Of a DNA stretch of 64,000 nucleotides, positions 49,043 to 57,760 are shown one piece after another. The position numbers and the translations under genes are program-made. A model generated the notes under the pieces. That model was not told the DNA's origin and ran no database searches. It worked only from the letters and a program-made list of their open reading frames with translations. Origin of the DNA: Deltaproteobacteria bacterium (GTDB taxonomy: Bacteria > Desulfobacterota > BSN033 > UBA1163); contig JAGVBT010000012.1 in NCBI GenBank assembly GCA_020059605.1, positions 5,431-69,430 on the forward strand, given 5' to 3'. Positions within the stretch are counted from its first letter, which is position 1. Every line of letters starts with the position of its first letter.

Positions 49043-49638
49043 GATCCGTGCATTCTTGCGGCGACTTCCGACACTCGCTTACCAAGGTTTCGCGCTGTTT
49101 CCAAACCCAAGCTGTCCTTTTCTATTCCATCCGGATGGCCGCTCCACAGGGCGGCCCCATAGTGTGAGGTTGGTTGGCCTTCGCTGACGACCACCATATC
49201 CTGGACTAACATCGCCGCCTGCACCGCCCGGATGGCGAGTTCCTGTCCCCCGTTTCGAACTCCGCCTACTGCGATGACACCGCCCACTTTATTGCGCAAA
49301 AGGAATCCATTTCTCCTGAACATGACGCAACGGTCAAGAAAAGCCTTGCACTGTGAGGTCATGGAGCCGAAATAAACAGGGGTCGCTACCACCAACCCCG
49401 CCAATTTTGGATCCGAAAGGATAGGAATCATCTTTAGGAAATCATCCTTTTGACTGCATTCTAAAACCTTTAAGCATTTCCCACAGGCAATGCACCCATT
49501 GATCTTCATTTCCGAAAGATCGATCAGAGTCGTTTCGACTTCAGGGGCAGCCACTTTTACCGCCTGGAGACAAGTTTCCAATGCATAAAAGGTGGATTTC
49601 CCTTTACGGGGACTGCAGGCGATTCCAATGATCCTCAT
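49039..49638 (-). CDS. Iron-sulfur flavoprotein / multimeric flavodoxin (Isf-like)
   Basis: CSPRKG, CIACGKC..C..KDD, ATPVYFG, RNGGQE. Confidence 0.88.
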   Translation of the reverse strand: MRIIGIACSPRKGKSTFYALETCLQAVKVAAPEVETTLIDLSEMKINGCIACGKCLKVLECSQKDDFLKMIPILSDPKLAGLVVATPVYFGSMTSQCKAFLDRCVMFRRNGFLLRNKVGGVIAVGGVRNGGQELAIRAVQAAMLVQDMVVVSEGQPTSHYGAALWSGHPDGIEKDSLGLETARNLGKRVSEVAARMHGS

Positions 49639-50407
49639 CTCGAACCTCCTCCCTTTTCATCTCCTCTTCTAAAATTTTTAAAATATCTCTTCTGATATGG
49701 TTGCATACTTCGCCGGTGCGGTCCCTGGGCCTTGGAAACGCCACCTCAATCCGTTCAAGCATCCTGGCAGGCCTTCTGGAAAGGACGACAATCTCATCGC
49801 TCAGGAAAACGGCTTCTTCGACATTGTGCGTGACAAAGATGATGGTGTCGCCTCTTTTCAACCAGATCTTGAGGAGAAATTCCTGCATGGCATTGCGGGT
49901 CTGGCTATCGAGGGAACCGAACGGTTCGTCCATTAAAACGACACGGGGGTTCATGACCAGGGTTCTTGCAATGGCCACCCTCTGCTTCATCCCGCCCGAA
50001 AGTTCCCGGGGATAGCGATGTTCAAATCCGTTTAAGTCAAAGGTCTTAATGTATTCCATGGCGATTGAACGCCTCCTGACCTTATCCATTCCCCGGATCT
50101 CAAGTCCCATCTCAATGTTCTGGAGAGTCGTCCTCCAGGGAAAGAGCGCATATTCCTGAAAGACCATCCCCACATCTTCCGATCCCCGGACCATCTCCTT
50201 CCCGTCCAGAAGAACTTTTCCGACCGAGGCTTTTTCGAGTCCGGCAATGATCCTGAGAAGCGTCGTCTTTCCGCACCCGCTTGGCCCGATGAGGGAGACA
50301 AATCTTCCATTGTCAATCCGGTGCTGGAGCTGATCCAGGACGTGGACGCTCTCCCCCCGGCTCCCGCCTGAAAAGGTCTTGCTGAGGCCAAGAATTTCTA
50401 AACCCAA
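49604..50407 (-). CDS. Nitrate/sulfonate-type ABC ATPase (TauB/SsuB-like)
   Basis: GPSGCGKTT, FQEYALFPW, LSGGMKQR, DEPFGSLD. Confidence 0.9.
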   Translation of the reverse strand: MGLEILGLSKTFSGGSRGESVHVLDQLQHRIDNGRFVSLIGPSGCGKTTLLRIIAGLEKASVGKVLLDGKEMVRGSEDVGMVFQEYALFPWRTTLQNIEMGLEIRGMDKVRRRSIAMEYIKTFDLNGFEHRYPRELSGGMKQRVAIARTLVMNPRVVLMDEPFGSLDSQTRNAMQEFLLKIWLKRGDTIIFVTHNVEEAVFLSDEIVVLSRRPARMLERIEVAFPRPRDRTGEVCNHIRRDILKILEEEMKREEVRDEDHWNRLQSP

Positions 50408-50428
50408 AGGACCACTCCTTTATCCCGT

Positions 50429-51187
50429 TTAACCCCTCCACCGGAGGACCCTTGACTCAAATGTCCTTAAGCCCGCATTGATCAAGAGGCCGATCAATCC
50501 GATGACCAGCATGCCCGCTAAGATTTGATCCGGCCTCTGGATGTCCCGGGCCGTCATGATCATGTAGCCCACGCCGTACCCTTCCTTCACCCCCGTGAAT
50601 TCAGCTGCCACCAGCGTCATCCAGCCAATGCCGATTCCAATCCGCATTCCTACAAAAATCGATGGGATGGATCCGGGGAGCAGCACCTTGAGAAAGATTT
50701 TCTTCTCTGTGGCATGCAGGGTTCTTGCGGCCTCAACCAGAATGGGGTTGATCGAGAGGACCCCGGCGATCGTATTCAAAAGAATCGGGAAGAAGGCGCC
50801 CAGAAAGATGATAAAGGCCGCTGATTGGATGCCTATCCCAAACCATACGATGGCAATGGGAATCCAGGCCAGGGGAGGAATGGGTCTGACAAGTTCGATG
50901 AGAGGGTTTATCATCCTCCGGATGCGTGGGGACCATCCCATCAACAATCCCAGGGGGATGGCCAGCAAAGCTGCTACCCCATAGCCTAATCCAACGCGAT
51001 AAAGGCTGTAGAGCACATGTTTATGGAGAAGGTTTCCGGGAGGCATTCCAATCCACAGGAGATCTTTCAGCCCCAGAAGAATTGCAATCGGCGAAGGAAG
51101 CTTATAATCGGGTATCCAGTATAGAGATGACAACCCCTGCCAGATCAAAATCAGTAACAGCGGCAGGAGGTAACTCTCCTTTTTCAT
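50429..51187 (-). CDS. Nitrate/sulfonate-type ABC permease
   Basis: SLYRV..G, RPIPPLAWIP, LVAAE. Confidence 0.9.
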   Translation of the reverse strand: MKKESYLLPLLLILIWQGLSSLYWIPDYKLPSPIAILLGLKDLLWIGMPPGNLLHKHVLYSLYRVGLGYGVAALLAIPLGLLMGWSPRIRRMINPLIELVRPIPPLAWIPIAIVWFGIGIQSAAFIIFLGAFFPILLNTIAGVLSINPILVEAARTLHATEKKIFLKVLLPGSIPSIFVGMRIGIGIGWMTLVAAEFTGVKEGYGVGYMIMTARDIQRPDQILAGMLVIGLIGLLINAGLRTFESRVLRWRG

Positions 51188-52134
51188 CTCTTGATAACCT
51201 CTTTCAGGATCTCGGTCCTTATCAGCCGGTCAAGAAAATCTGGAGTATCCTCCACCCTGATATATTTGAGTCTGGTAAGAAATTCAATGTATTCCCTGAT
51301 TTCACCCACGCTTGGAACGTAGGTAAAATGAACGTTCTCCATGGCTAACCGGATGGTCCCGTCATCCATCCCCGTGTATTTGATGGCAATCTGGATGGCC
51401 TCCTCCCGGTGACGTTGGATAAAATCGGTCGCCGCCACATGACCGCGGACGACGGCCTTCACCTTCTGAGGATGGGTTTCGAGAAATCCACTATCCGCTA
51501 CCAGGCCACAACAGGGATGGGCCTTCCAGATGTCCCGGGAGTGGGCCAACACTCTTCCGACTCCTATGGTTTGGGCTTTGGCAGGGTGGGGCTCCCAGGC
51601 GATGAAGGCATCAATCTGACCGGTTCTCAATGCCCCTATCATCTCCGGAGGTTTTAGGACGATCGTCTTGACCTGATCCGCCTGAATATTGTGTTTGATG
51701 AAGGCCTTCCGCAGGAGAAAATCCTGAACCGTGGCATGTCCCGGGATGGCCACCCCTTTGCCAACCAGGTCCGGAAGGGTATGGAGCTTTCCGTCTTTTC
51801 TCACCACAATGGCCGACCCCTCGGTGTTCACCTGGGCCAAAATCGCCACCCTAACCGTCCGGTTGGCCAGGGCTGTGATCGTTGGGGCATTTCCAACAAA
51901 ACCCATGTCAAGGGATCCGGCGGTAAAAGCGCTCATCATCTCCGGGCCCGCCTTGAAAATACCGGCCACCTCAACACGAACCCCCTCTTTTTCAAAGAGC
52001 CCTTTCTCCATTGCCACCCAGAGAGGGAGATGATGGATATCGCTCTGAAGATAGGCGATCCGAACTGGCTGGGAAAGGGCGTCTCCGGTAAACAAGAAAA
52101 AAAAGGATAGGAGCAGAAAAACGATTTTTTTCAT
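51184..52134 (-). CDS. Nitrate/sulfonate-type ABC substrate-binding protein
   Basis: Signal peptide; HHLPLWVAMEKGLF, IDAFIAWEP, HPCC. Confidence 0.88.
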   Translation of the reverse strand: MKKIVFLLLSFFFLFTGDALSQPVRIAYLQSDIHHLPLWVAMEKGLFEKEGVRVEVAGIFKAGPEMMSAFTAGSLDMGFVGNAPTITALANRTVRVAILAQVNTEGSAIVVRKDGKLHTLPDLVGKGVAIPGHATVQDFLLRKAFIKHNIQADQVKTIVLKPPEMIGALRTGQIDAFIAWEPHPAKAQTIGVGRVLAHSRDIWKAHPCCGLVADSGFLETHPQKVKAVVRGHVAATDFIQRHREEAIQIAIKYTGMDDGTIRLAMENVHFTYVPSVGEIREYIEFLTRLKYIRVEDTPDFLDRLIRTEILKEVIKR

Positions 52135-52190
52135 CGGATGGACTCCTTATCGGATGGTCTTAAAACCAGATCTTTTTCGCAGAACAGGTC

Positions 52191-54005
52191 TCAATTCTCT
52201 TTTGTCTCTTCGTCTTTGACCATTCTTGCGGAGGGCAGACCCATTGCCAGGGCGACCAGCTCAACGAGATCTCTCATCCGGATGGGAGAACCCATGGACA
52301 TGATTTCTTTCTGCAGTCCCTGGTAACAGAAAGGGCAAGCGCTGACCAGGTCGGTGGCACCGGTAAGTTCGGCATCTCTTACTCGCTCCCTTGTCATCTT
52401 TTGCTGGATTTCCGGAAACCCTGCCTTCAGTCCCCCTCCAGCGCCACAACACCTGGAGTTTTCCCTGATTCTTTCCATTTCAATGAATTCAACCCCTGCT
52501 TCCGAAAGGGCGGTGAGAACTTTTCTCGGGATATCATATTCACCGCTTGCCCTTCCCAGATGGCATGGATCATGGTAGGTTACCTTGATGTTCAATTTTT
52601 TCCGAAAGGTTATCTTCCCCGCTTCGATGAGTCTCAAGAGCAGAGTGGCAAAGGGGATGACTTCGAAATTTAATGCTTCGACCTTGGGGTAGTCCTGCTT
52701 GATGGTTTTAAAGCACCCTGCGCAGGAAGTGACCAGGGTCTTGATCCCGTATTGATGGAAGAGCCGGATATTCTCCGAGGCGATTCTTTCAAATTCCTTA
52801 TCCCCCATCCTCAAGAGAACACTCCCGCAACATTTCTCCTGGTTTGCCAGAAAACCCCAATCCAATTCGAGGGTGTTCAGGATGTTCGTCGTATTGATGG
52901 CGATTTCCCTCAAATTTGCATCGAACGAAGCGGTGCAGCCCACAAAGTAAAGAATTTCTGTTCCTTCCTTGATCTCCCTGGGGGGCGCGATCAGGGTCTT
53001 CTCTTTTTTGCCCGCTCTCGCCCAGTGAGCCCGGCTTGACCTGGGTTGACCCCAGGGATTGTCATAAGCCTTCGTGTTTTTGACCAGAAGGGCCTGGTTT
53101 TCCAGGGGGCCGAAACCGAGATCAACGATGCAGCGCCGGATGCCCTCCCACATTTCAACGGTGTCGATTCTCGATGGACAGACGAAGTGGCATTGACCGC
53201 AGGTGCTGCACTCATAAAGACTCTTGGTAAACTCTTTCAGCGCCTCAGGGTCCACAGGATTGCAATCAAAGAAAACAGCGTTGGGACCGTGCTGGGCCTC
53301 GACCATCTTTTTGAAATCAGCGATTTTTTTCCGGGGAGTGATGGCCTCCCGCTCATCTTGAAGATAGACCGGACACCACGTGACACACTCTCCGCAACTC
53401 GTGCACGCATCCAGTTCCATCAACCGGAGTTGATCCAGGTCCTGGATGGGGATCTTGGGCAAATCCACTGAATCAAGAATCTTTTTCCTGGCTTGAATGC
53501 TCCACACCACCAATCCTAAAAAGATCCAGAAACCCCCGAGGAAGAGAAGGCGGAGGATCGTATAACGAACGGGACGGGTATCCGGGAGTGTGGCCACATA
53601 ATCCAGGACCCGATCGACCTGGGCCTCCGACAATTTCTCCTTGAACGCGGGCTGGGAAAGGGTCGAATCCGTCCCCTCCACTTTGGACCCCTTCAGGACC
53701 AATTCCTTGATGATCTTTCGGTTCCAGGCCTCACCGAAGGTATCGGTGGTTATTGCGAGTTTGATGGAACCCGTATTGAGAGAAGGGATCGTTCGGCTTG
53801 CAGGGTTCTTGGCGCCGAAATTTCCCTGTCCCCCTATGCCCAACTCCCCGTGACACCGGAGGCAATGTTCCCGGTAAAGCTTTTCGCCGGGAGGCATTTC
53901 AGGCTTCTCCGTGGCGGAACTGCCTTCGGCAAAGAGCATGGGAGCAAGAAGGATGCCCAAGAAGAGAACGATCCAAAGAGATGGATTGTAGCGGAACGTT
54001 TTCAT
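52191..54005 (-). CDS. Fusion: periplasmic cytochrome c - TM helix - cytoplasmic HdrD-like Fe-S/CCG domain
   Basis: Start MKTFRY at 54005 (AGGAG RBS); signal/anchor, CLRCH, TM, LDACTSCGECVTWCP, CSTCGQCHFVCP, KCCG, YHDPCH, RCCGAGGG. Confidence 0.85.
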   Translation of the reverse strand: MKTFRYNPSLWIVLFLGILLAPMLFAEGSSATEKPEMPPGEKLYREHCLRCHGELGIGGQGNFGAKNPASRTIPSLNTGSIKLAITTDTFGEAWNRKIIKELVLKGSKVEGTDSTLSQPAFKEKLSEAQVDRVLDYVATLPDTRPVRYTILRLLFLGGFWIFLGLVVWSIQARKKILDSVDLPKIPIQDLDQLRLMELDACTSCGECVTWCPVYLQDEREAITPRKKIADFKKMVEAQHGPNAVFFDCNPVDPEALKEFTKSLYECSTCGQCHFVCPSRIDTVEMWEGIRRCIVDLGFGPLENQALLVKNTKAYDNPWGQPRSSRAHWARAGKKEKTLIAPPREIKEGTEILYFVGCTASFDANLREIAINTTNILNTLELDWGFLANQEKCCGSVLLRMGDKEFERIASENIRLFHQYGIKTLVTSCAGCFKTIKQDYPKVEALNFEVIPFATLLLRLIEAGKITFRKKLNIKVTYHDPCHLGRASGEYDIPRKVLTALSEAGVEFIEMERIRENSRCCGAGGGLKAGFPEIQQKMTRERVRDAELTGATDLVSACPFCYQGLQKEIMSMGSPIRMRDLVELVALAMGLPSARMVKDEETKEN

Positions 54006-54010
54006 AGCAG

Positions 54011-54397
54011 TTACTCTCCTAAGACGGCCCAGAAGCTCAAAATAAAAAGAAGAAGAAGGGCCACCACGCCAATCCAGATCAGCCGGCGATGATCCCGGAA
54101 ACTGCGGATCTCTTTTGTGTCCACAAAGGGTAAAAGGATTAAGGCTCCGGCGATGAGGAAGGGAACCAGCACCCCGATCGCCGGGGGGACCAGTTTCATC
54201 ACCTGAAAGAGCCAGAGAAAATACCATTCCGGATTGATCGTGGAGGGAGTAACCAGGGGGTTCGCCATCTCTTCGTAACCGATGGGGAGCACGACCGCAA
54301 GGGTGACCACCACTCCGATGATGAATACAAAGAGGATGAGCTCCTTGAAAAATTGGTCCGGATAGAAGGTGAGTTTTCTTTTTTTCCTTTCCTCCAT
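54011..54397 (-). CDS. petD: Cytochrome b6-type subunit IV
   Basis: FYPD, ANPLVTP.TINPEWYFL, LPFVD. Confidence 0.88.
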   Translation of the reverse strand: MEERKKRKLTFYPDQFFKELILFVFIIGVVVTLAVVLPIGYEEMANPLVTPSTINPEWYFLWLFQVMKLVPPAIGVLVPFLIAGALILLPFVDTKEIRSFRDHRRLIWIGVVALLLLFILSFWAVLGE

Positions 54398-54407
54398 GCG
54401 CCGCTCC

Positions 54408-55070
54408 TTAAAAAGGCTCCTTGACGCCCTGACGCCGGATCATGAAAAAATGGGCGATGAGCAAACCAATGAGCAAGATGGGGAGAACGATCACATGGGA
54501 AACATAAAAACGGATGATCGTCGGCTGTTTGACTCCGTACCCCCCCTGAAGAAAAATCATGAGGTATTCGCCGATCAAGGGAATCTCGCTGGCCATTCCC
54601 GTTCCGATCCGGGTCGCCCAGTACCCCCTCTGGTCCCAGGTCAATAAATATCCTGTAAAGGAGAAGGCAAAACATAGCAGGAGGAGAAAGACTCCGCTGA
54701 CCCAGGTCATCTCCCGGGGGGGTTTGTAAGCGCCGCGAAAGAAGACGATCAACGTGTGGACCGCGACGGTGACGATGATCAGATAGCTGGCATAATGGTG
54801 GATCCCCCGGATCAACCAACCCAGGTGAACCTGATCCGTAATGAAGACAATGCTCTGGAATGCGCCTTTTACGCTGGGCTGGTAGTAGTAGGCGAGAAAG
54901 ATCCCTGTGGCCAGTTCGATCACGATGAGCGCAAAGGTCATGCCTCCCCAGCAGAATCTGACCTTCTGTTTATAGTCCGTCACCTCGGTATCCAGAATGG
55001 GGGTTAAGACTTCCTTTAGATCCCATCTCTTTTCAGCCCACCGGGATAGTTTCGATGTCCAACTCGCCAT
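54408..55070 (-). CDS. petB: Cytochrome b6-type N-terminal subunit
   Basis: FCWGG (haem ci Cys), IRGIHH..VH, GAYKPPREMTW, TGYLL.WDQ.GYWA, RFYVSH-x14-H. Confidence 0.92.
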   Translation of the reverse strand: MASWTSKLSRWAEKRWDLKEVLTPILDTEVTDYKQKVRFCWGGMTFALIVIELATGIFLAYYYQPSVKGAFQSIVFITDQVHLGWLIRGIHHYASYLIIVTVAVHTLIVFFRGAYKPPREMTWVSGVFLLLLCFAFSFTGYLLTWDQRGYWATRIGTGMASEIPLIGEYLMIFLQGGYGVKQPTIIRFYVSHVIVLPILLIGLLIAHFFMIRRQGVKEPF

Positions 55071-55072
55071 GT

Positions 55073-55597
55073 CTATACTCCACTGATCATTGTAATCCGG
55101 AACCAGGAAGGGTATCCATGGAGCTTCTCTTCCGGAAGTCTCACTGAAATCATTTCCCCTTCCACCTTGAGATCGAAGGGGAGAAGAGCGTCTTTCAGGG
55201 GTCCTTTGACCACTTTCCCACTCTTATCGAAAATCGCATCATGACAGGGACAGAGGAAGGTTTTCTTCTTCTCGTCCCATTGGATAATACAACCGAGATG
55301 CGGACAGACCGCGGAGAAGACGCGGAGTCCGAGCTCTTCCTTCATCAACAGGATGGGAAGGCCAAAATAGACTTTCGAGAGGCTCAGGGCCTCCTTAAAC
55401 TCAGAGAGGTTTCCCACCACCTGCCAACCCCCCACCTTCTTCAATGCGCTGCGGGGAGGGGTCAGGAAGGCGATGGTGGATGAAAAGACTGCCCCCAATC
55501 CAAAGAGGCCAAGAAAGGCCGTGATGAACTTCAGGAGCTTTCTGCGAGAAAACGAGGAGGTTGGATTTTCTTTGTCGATCGCCTTCTTTTCATCCAT
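55073..55597 (-). CDS. Rieske [2Fe-2S] protein with Tat anchor
   Basis: SRRKLLK plus TM; CPHLGC and CPCH boxes; GP. Confidence 0.9.
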   Translation of the reverse strand: MDEKKAIDKENPTSSFSRRKLLKFITAFLGLFGLGAVFSSTIAFLTPPRSALKKVGGWQVVGNLSEFKEALSLSKVYFGLPILLMKEELGLRVFSAVCPHLGCIIQWDEKKKTFLCPCHDAIFDKSGKVVKGPLKDALLPFDLKVEGEMISVRLPEEKLHGYPSWFRITMISGV

Positions 55598-55614
55598 GGA
55601 TGCTTCTCCCTTTC

Positions 55615-56505
55615 CTATCTTCTCGAAACCGTTGCGGTTACAGGGCAAGTGACAATATGGACGAATTTGCTATACGGGACATAAGCGATGAAAGCAAATG
55701 CGAGGAGAAAGTGAAAATTCCACATGTAAAAATGAAAGGTGGTCCAATTCAGGGGCAATTCGCGAAATAACAGGGCCAGAGTAAATCCAACGAAAGAAGC
55801 GCTGTGCTTCATGGAAAAAGGAAGCACCGCGATCCTGAAGGCCTCCAACAAGAAACCGGTGACCACAATCAAAAAGATGAAGAGCAAGGCGACATGATCC
55901 TTGATCTCCGTCTTCAGTTGAGGGAGCTTGAACACATATCTCCTCAACGCGGAAAGGACGACGCCCGCAAGAATGCTCAATCCCAAGAAGTCCATCAGGA
56001 AATCCAGAGCCCTTCCTCCAAGGGATGGGATCCCAAAGGTCCTTACATCGAAGAGGATGGCGATTCCATAAACAAATAACATCAGTATCAACAAAGCGGT
56101 AAACCCCATCGAAAGCATCATGTAATTTGCCCACCGAAGAAGATTCAACCGGAGAATGCCTCTTTGCAACAGGGCATCTGCAAACAGAAACCGAAAGATG
56201 TTCTTCTTCTTTGTCGGCCAATTTTTTTTCCCTTTCCTCCAGATCCATACCTTCGTCGCCATGCCGTAAGAAAAAATCACCATGGAGACTCCGAAGGCTC
56301 CCCACATGAAAACCCATTTGTACACACTTTCCGCTTCATAGAAGCTTTTGCCGGGGTAGGCATGATCCATATGACAGTGAATACATAAGACTCGGGGTTC
56401 CTTCTTAAATTCTTTCATATAGTCGACGGTTGCGTCAACAGATAATCCGAGCGGCGTCAGGATGAGCATCGCGGTGAATACGACCCACACGGCGTTTCGA
56501 AACAT
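55615..56505 (-). CDS. NarI/HdrE-like membrane subunit with N-terminal CxxCH
   Basis: Signal peptide, CIHCH, about 6 TM, RRY...D...TGFLLE, WNFHF..YVPYSKFVH. Confidence 0.78.
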   Translation of the reverse strand: MFRNAVWVVFTAMLILTPLGLSVDATVDYMKEFKKEPRVLCIHCHMDHAYPGKSFYEAESVYKWVFMWGAFGVSMVIFSYGMATKVWIWRKGKKNWPTKKKNIFRFLFADALLQRGILRLNLLRWANYMMLSMGFTALLILMLFVYGIAILFDVRTFGIPSLGGRALDFLMDFLGLSILAGVVLSALRRYVFKLPQLKTEIKDHVALLFIFLIVVTGFLLEAFRIAVLPFSMKHSASFVGFTLALLFRELPLNWTTFHFYMWNFHFLLAFAFIAYVPYSKFVHIVTCPVTATVSRR

Positions 56506-56536
56506 GAGAATGCTCCTCGGAGAGATGTTCCAAAGT

Positions 56537-57760
56537 TCAGGCTTGCGCCCTGACCGTTTCCGTCCTCTTGGCTCTAAAATAAATCGTTAAGAAATCAGAG
56601 GCGACCTTCTTTAAAAGTAAAAAAAGATCTTCGGCCAATCCATTTGTGCTTTGAGCCCGATCATGCTCTTTTTTCATCGTCCTCAGGAGACCGGTCGTTT
56701 CCTTGAGACGGTTTATCATCCCCTTTTGATCTTCAGGGGTAACGTCCACTCCTTCTCCTGATTCCAAATAGTTCAATCGCCTCCATAGAGCCTCTAAAAA
56801 CACTCGAATTTTTTCCGGCTCATACCATTTATTGCCGATCATCCACCGAATAGGCAGCATTTCCAGTCCGAAGGCCACCATCCGTGAATGGCTCAGTTCT
56901 CTTCTCCATTCTTCAAAAAAAGACTGCCCGGTCTTTGAGGAAGGTGGTTCCGGTCGAAAAGAACGCGTTGCCCTGTTCTTTCCCTCCCTGAGAATGATCC
57001 GGGCAAGGATGCCGTTGGCCTCGGGATAGTTGGGATGTTCAAAGTGAGGCCCGAAGATATAGAGATAACCCTTTCCCATCCGTTTTCGTGACGCGGCAAT
57101 GTTTCCATGTAGGGTCTTCTCCGCCAGGTCTTCCCGGACAAGGAATTTTGTCTTTTCCGTAAAACCCCGGTAGGTGGCAATGGCCTGCATATCCTCCGAG
57201 GGCAACATCGATGGGCCCCCATAAAGAGGGGCGATCACCTTTTTGCTGCCATTGGCTTGATGCCCTCCCTCCATCTCCAGAAGAACGTCCTCCCTCGCCA
57301 CATGATAAACAAACTCACAACCGTAGGGGGTGCAGGCGTGTTCCTGGAAGAGCCCACGTTCGGATTCTGAAAGCCTTCGTGAAATATTGGAGATTTTTAC
57401 ATTAATCCAATTGAATTGATTCAGGAATGCCATGGAGGACCTCAGCGGAAGATAAGCTCCGGCACAGGTGCCGATATACAGCCCTCCCTCTTCGATGAAA
57501 TGTTTCAACCTCCTCGACCCCTCGGCGCCAAGACTGCGTGCCATCGCAAAGGTGTCTCCCCCGGACATCATTAAGGAATCCACGCCCTCCAGAGCGCCGA
57601 TGAGGATCTCTTTTTCATTGATAAAACGGACATCGTTCAACCCCCACTGATCCAGGAGGTCAACGAACCAGAGCCAGGAATGAGAAGCGCCTGCCCCCAC
57701 AAAGATTCCTATCTTAGGAGGAGATAAAGGTGGATTCGGGGATGAAGGGAATTCCTTCAT
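56537..57760 (-). CDS. BPL-N / class I glutamine amidotransferase-like protein
   Basis: SGGD, GGLYIGTCAGAY (nucleophile Cys), YGGP, GPHFE (His-x-Glu). Confidence 0.75.
   Translation of the reverse strand: MKEFPSSPNPPLSPPKIGIFVGAGASHSWLWFVDLLDQWGLNDVRFINEKEILIGALEGVDSLMMSGGDTFAMARSLGAEGSRRLKHFIEEGGLYIGTCAGAYLPLRSSMAFLNQFNWINVKISNISRRLSESERGLFQEHACTPYGCEFVYHVAREDVLLEMEGGHQANGSKKVIAPLYGGPSMLPSEDMQAIATYRGFTEKTKFLVREDLAEKTLHGNIAASRKRMGKGYLYIFGPHFEHPNYPEANGILARIILREGKNRATRSFRPEPPSSKTGQSFFEEWRRELSHSRMVAFGLEMLPIRWMIGNKWYEPEKIRVFLEALWRRLNYLESGEGVDVTPEDQKGMINRLKETTGLLRTMKKEHDRAQSTNGLAEDLFLLLKKVASDFLTIYFRAKRTETVRAQA

Noticed and set aside
54006-54227. First 74 aa of the 678-aa ORF, and ORF 54199-54819
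   Set aside because: They overlap petD/petB in other frames; the real start is 54005.
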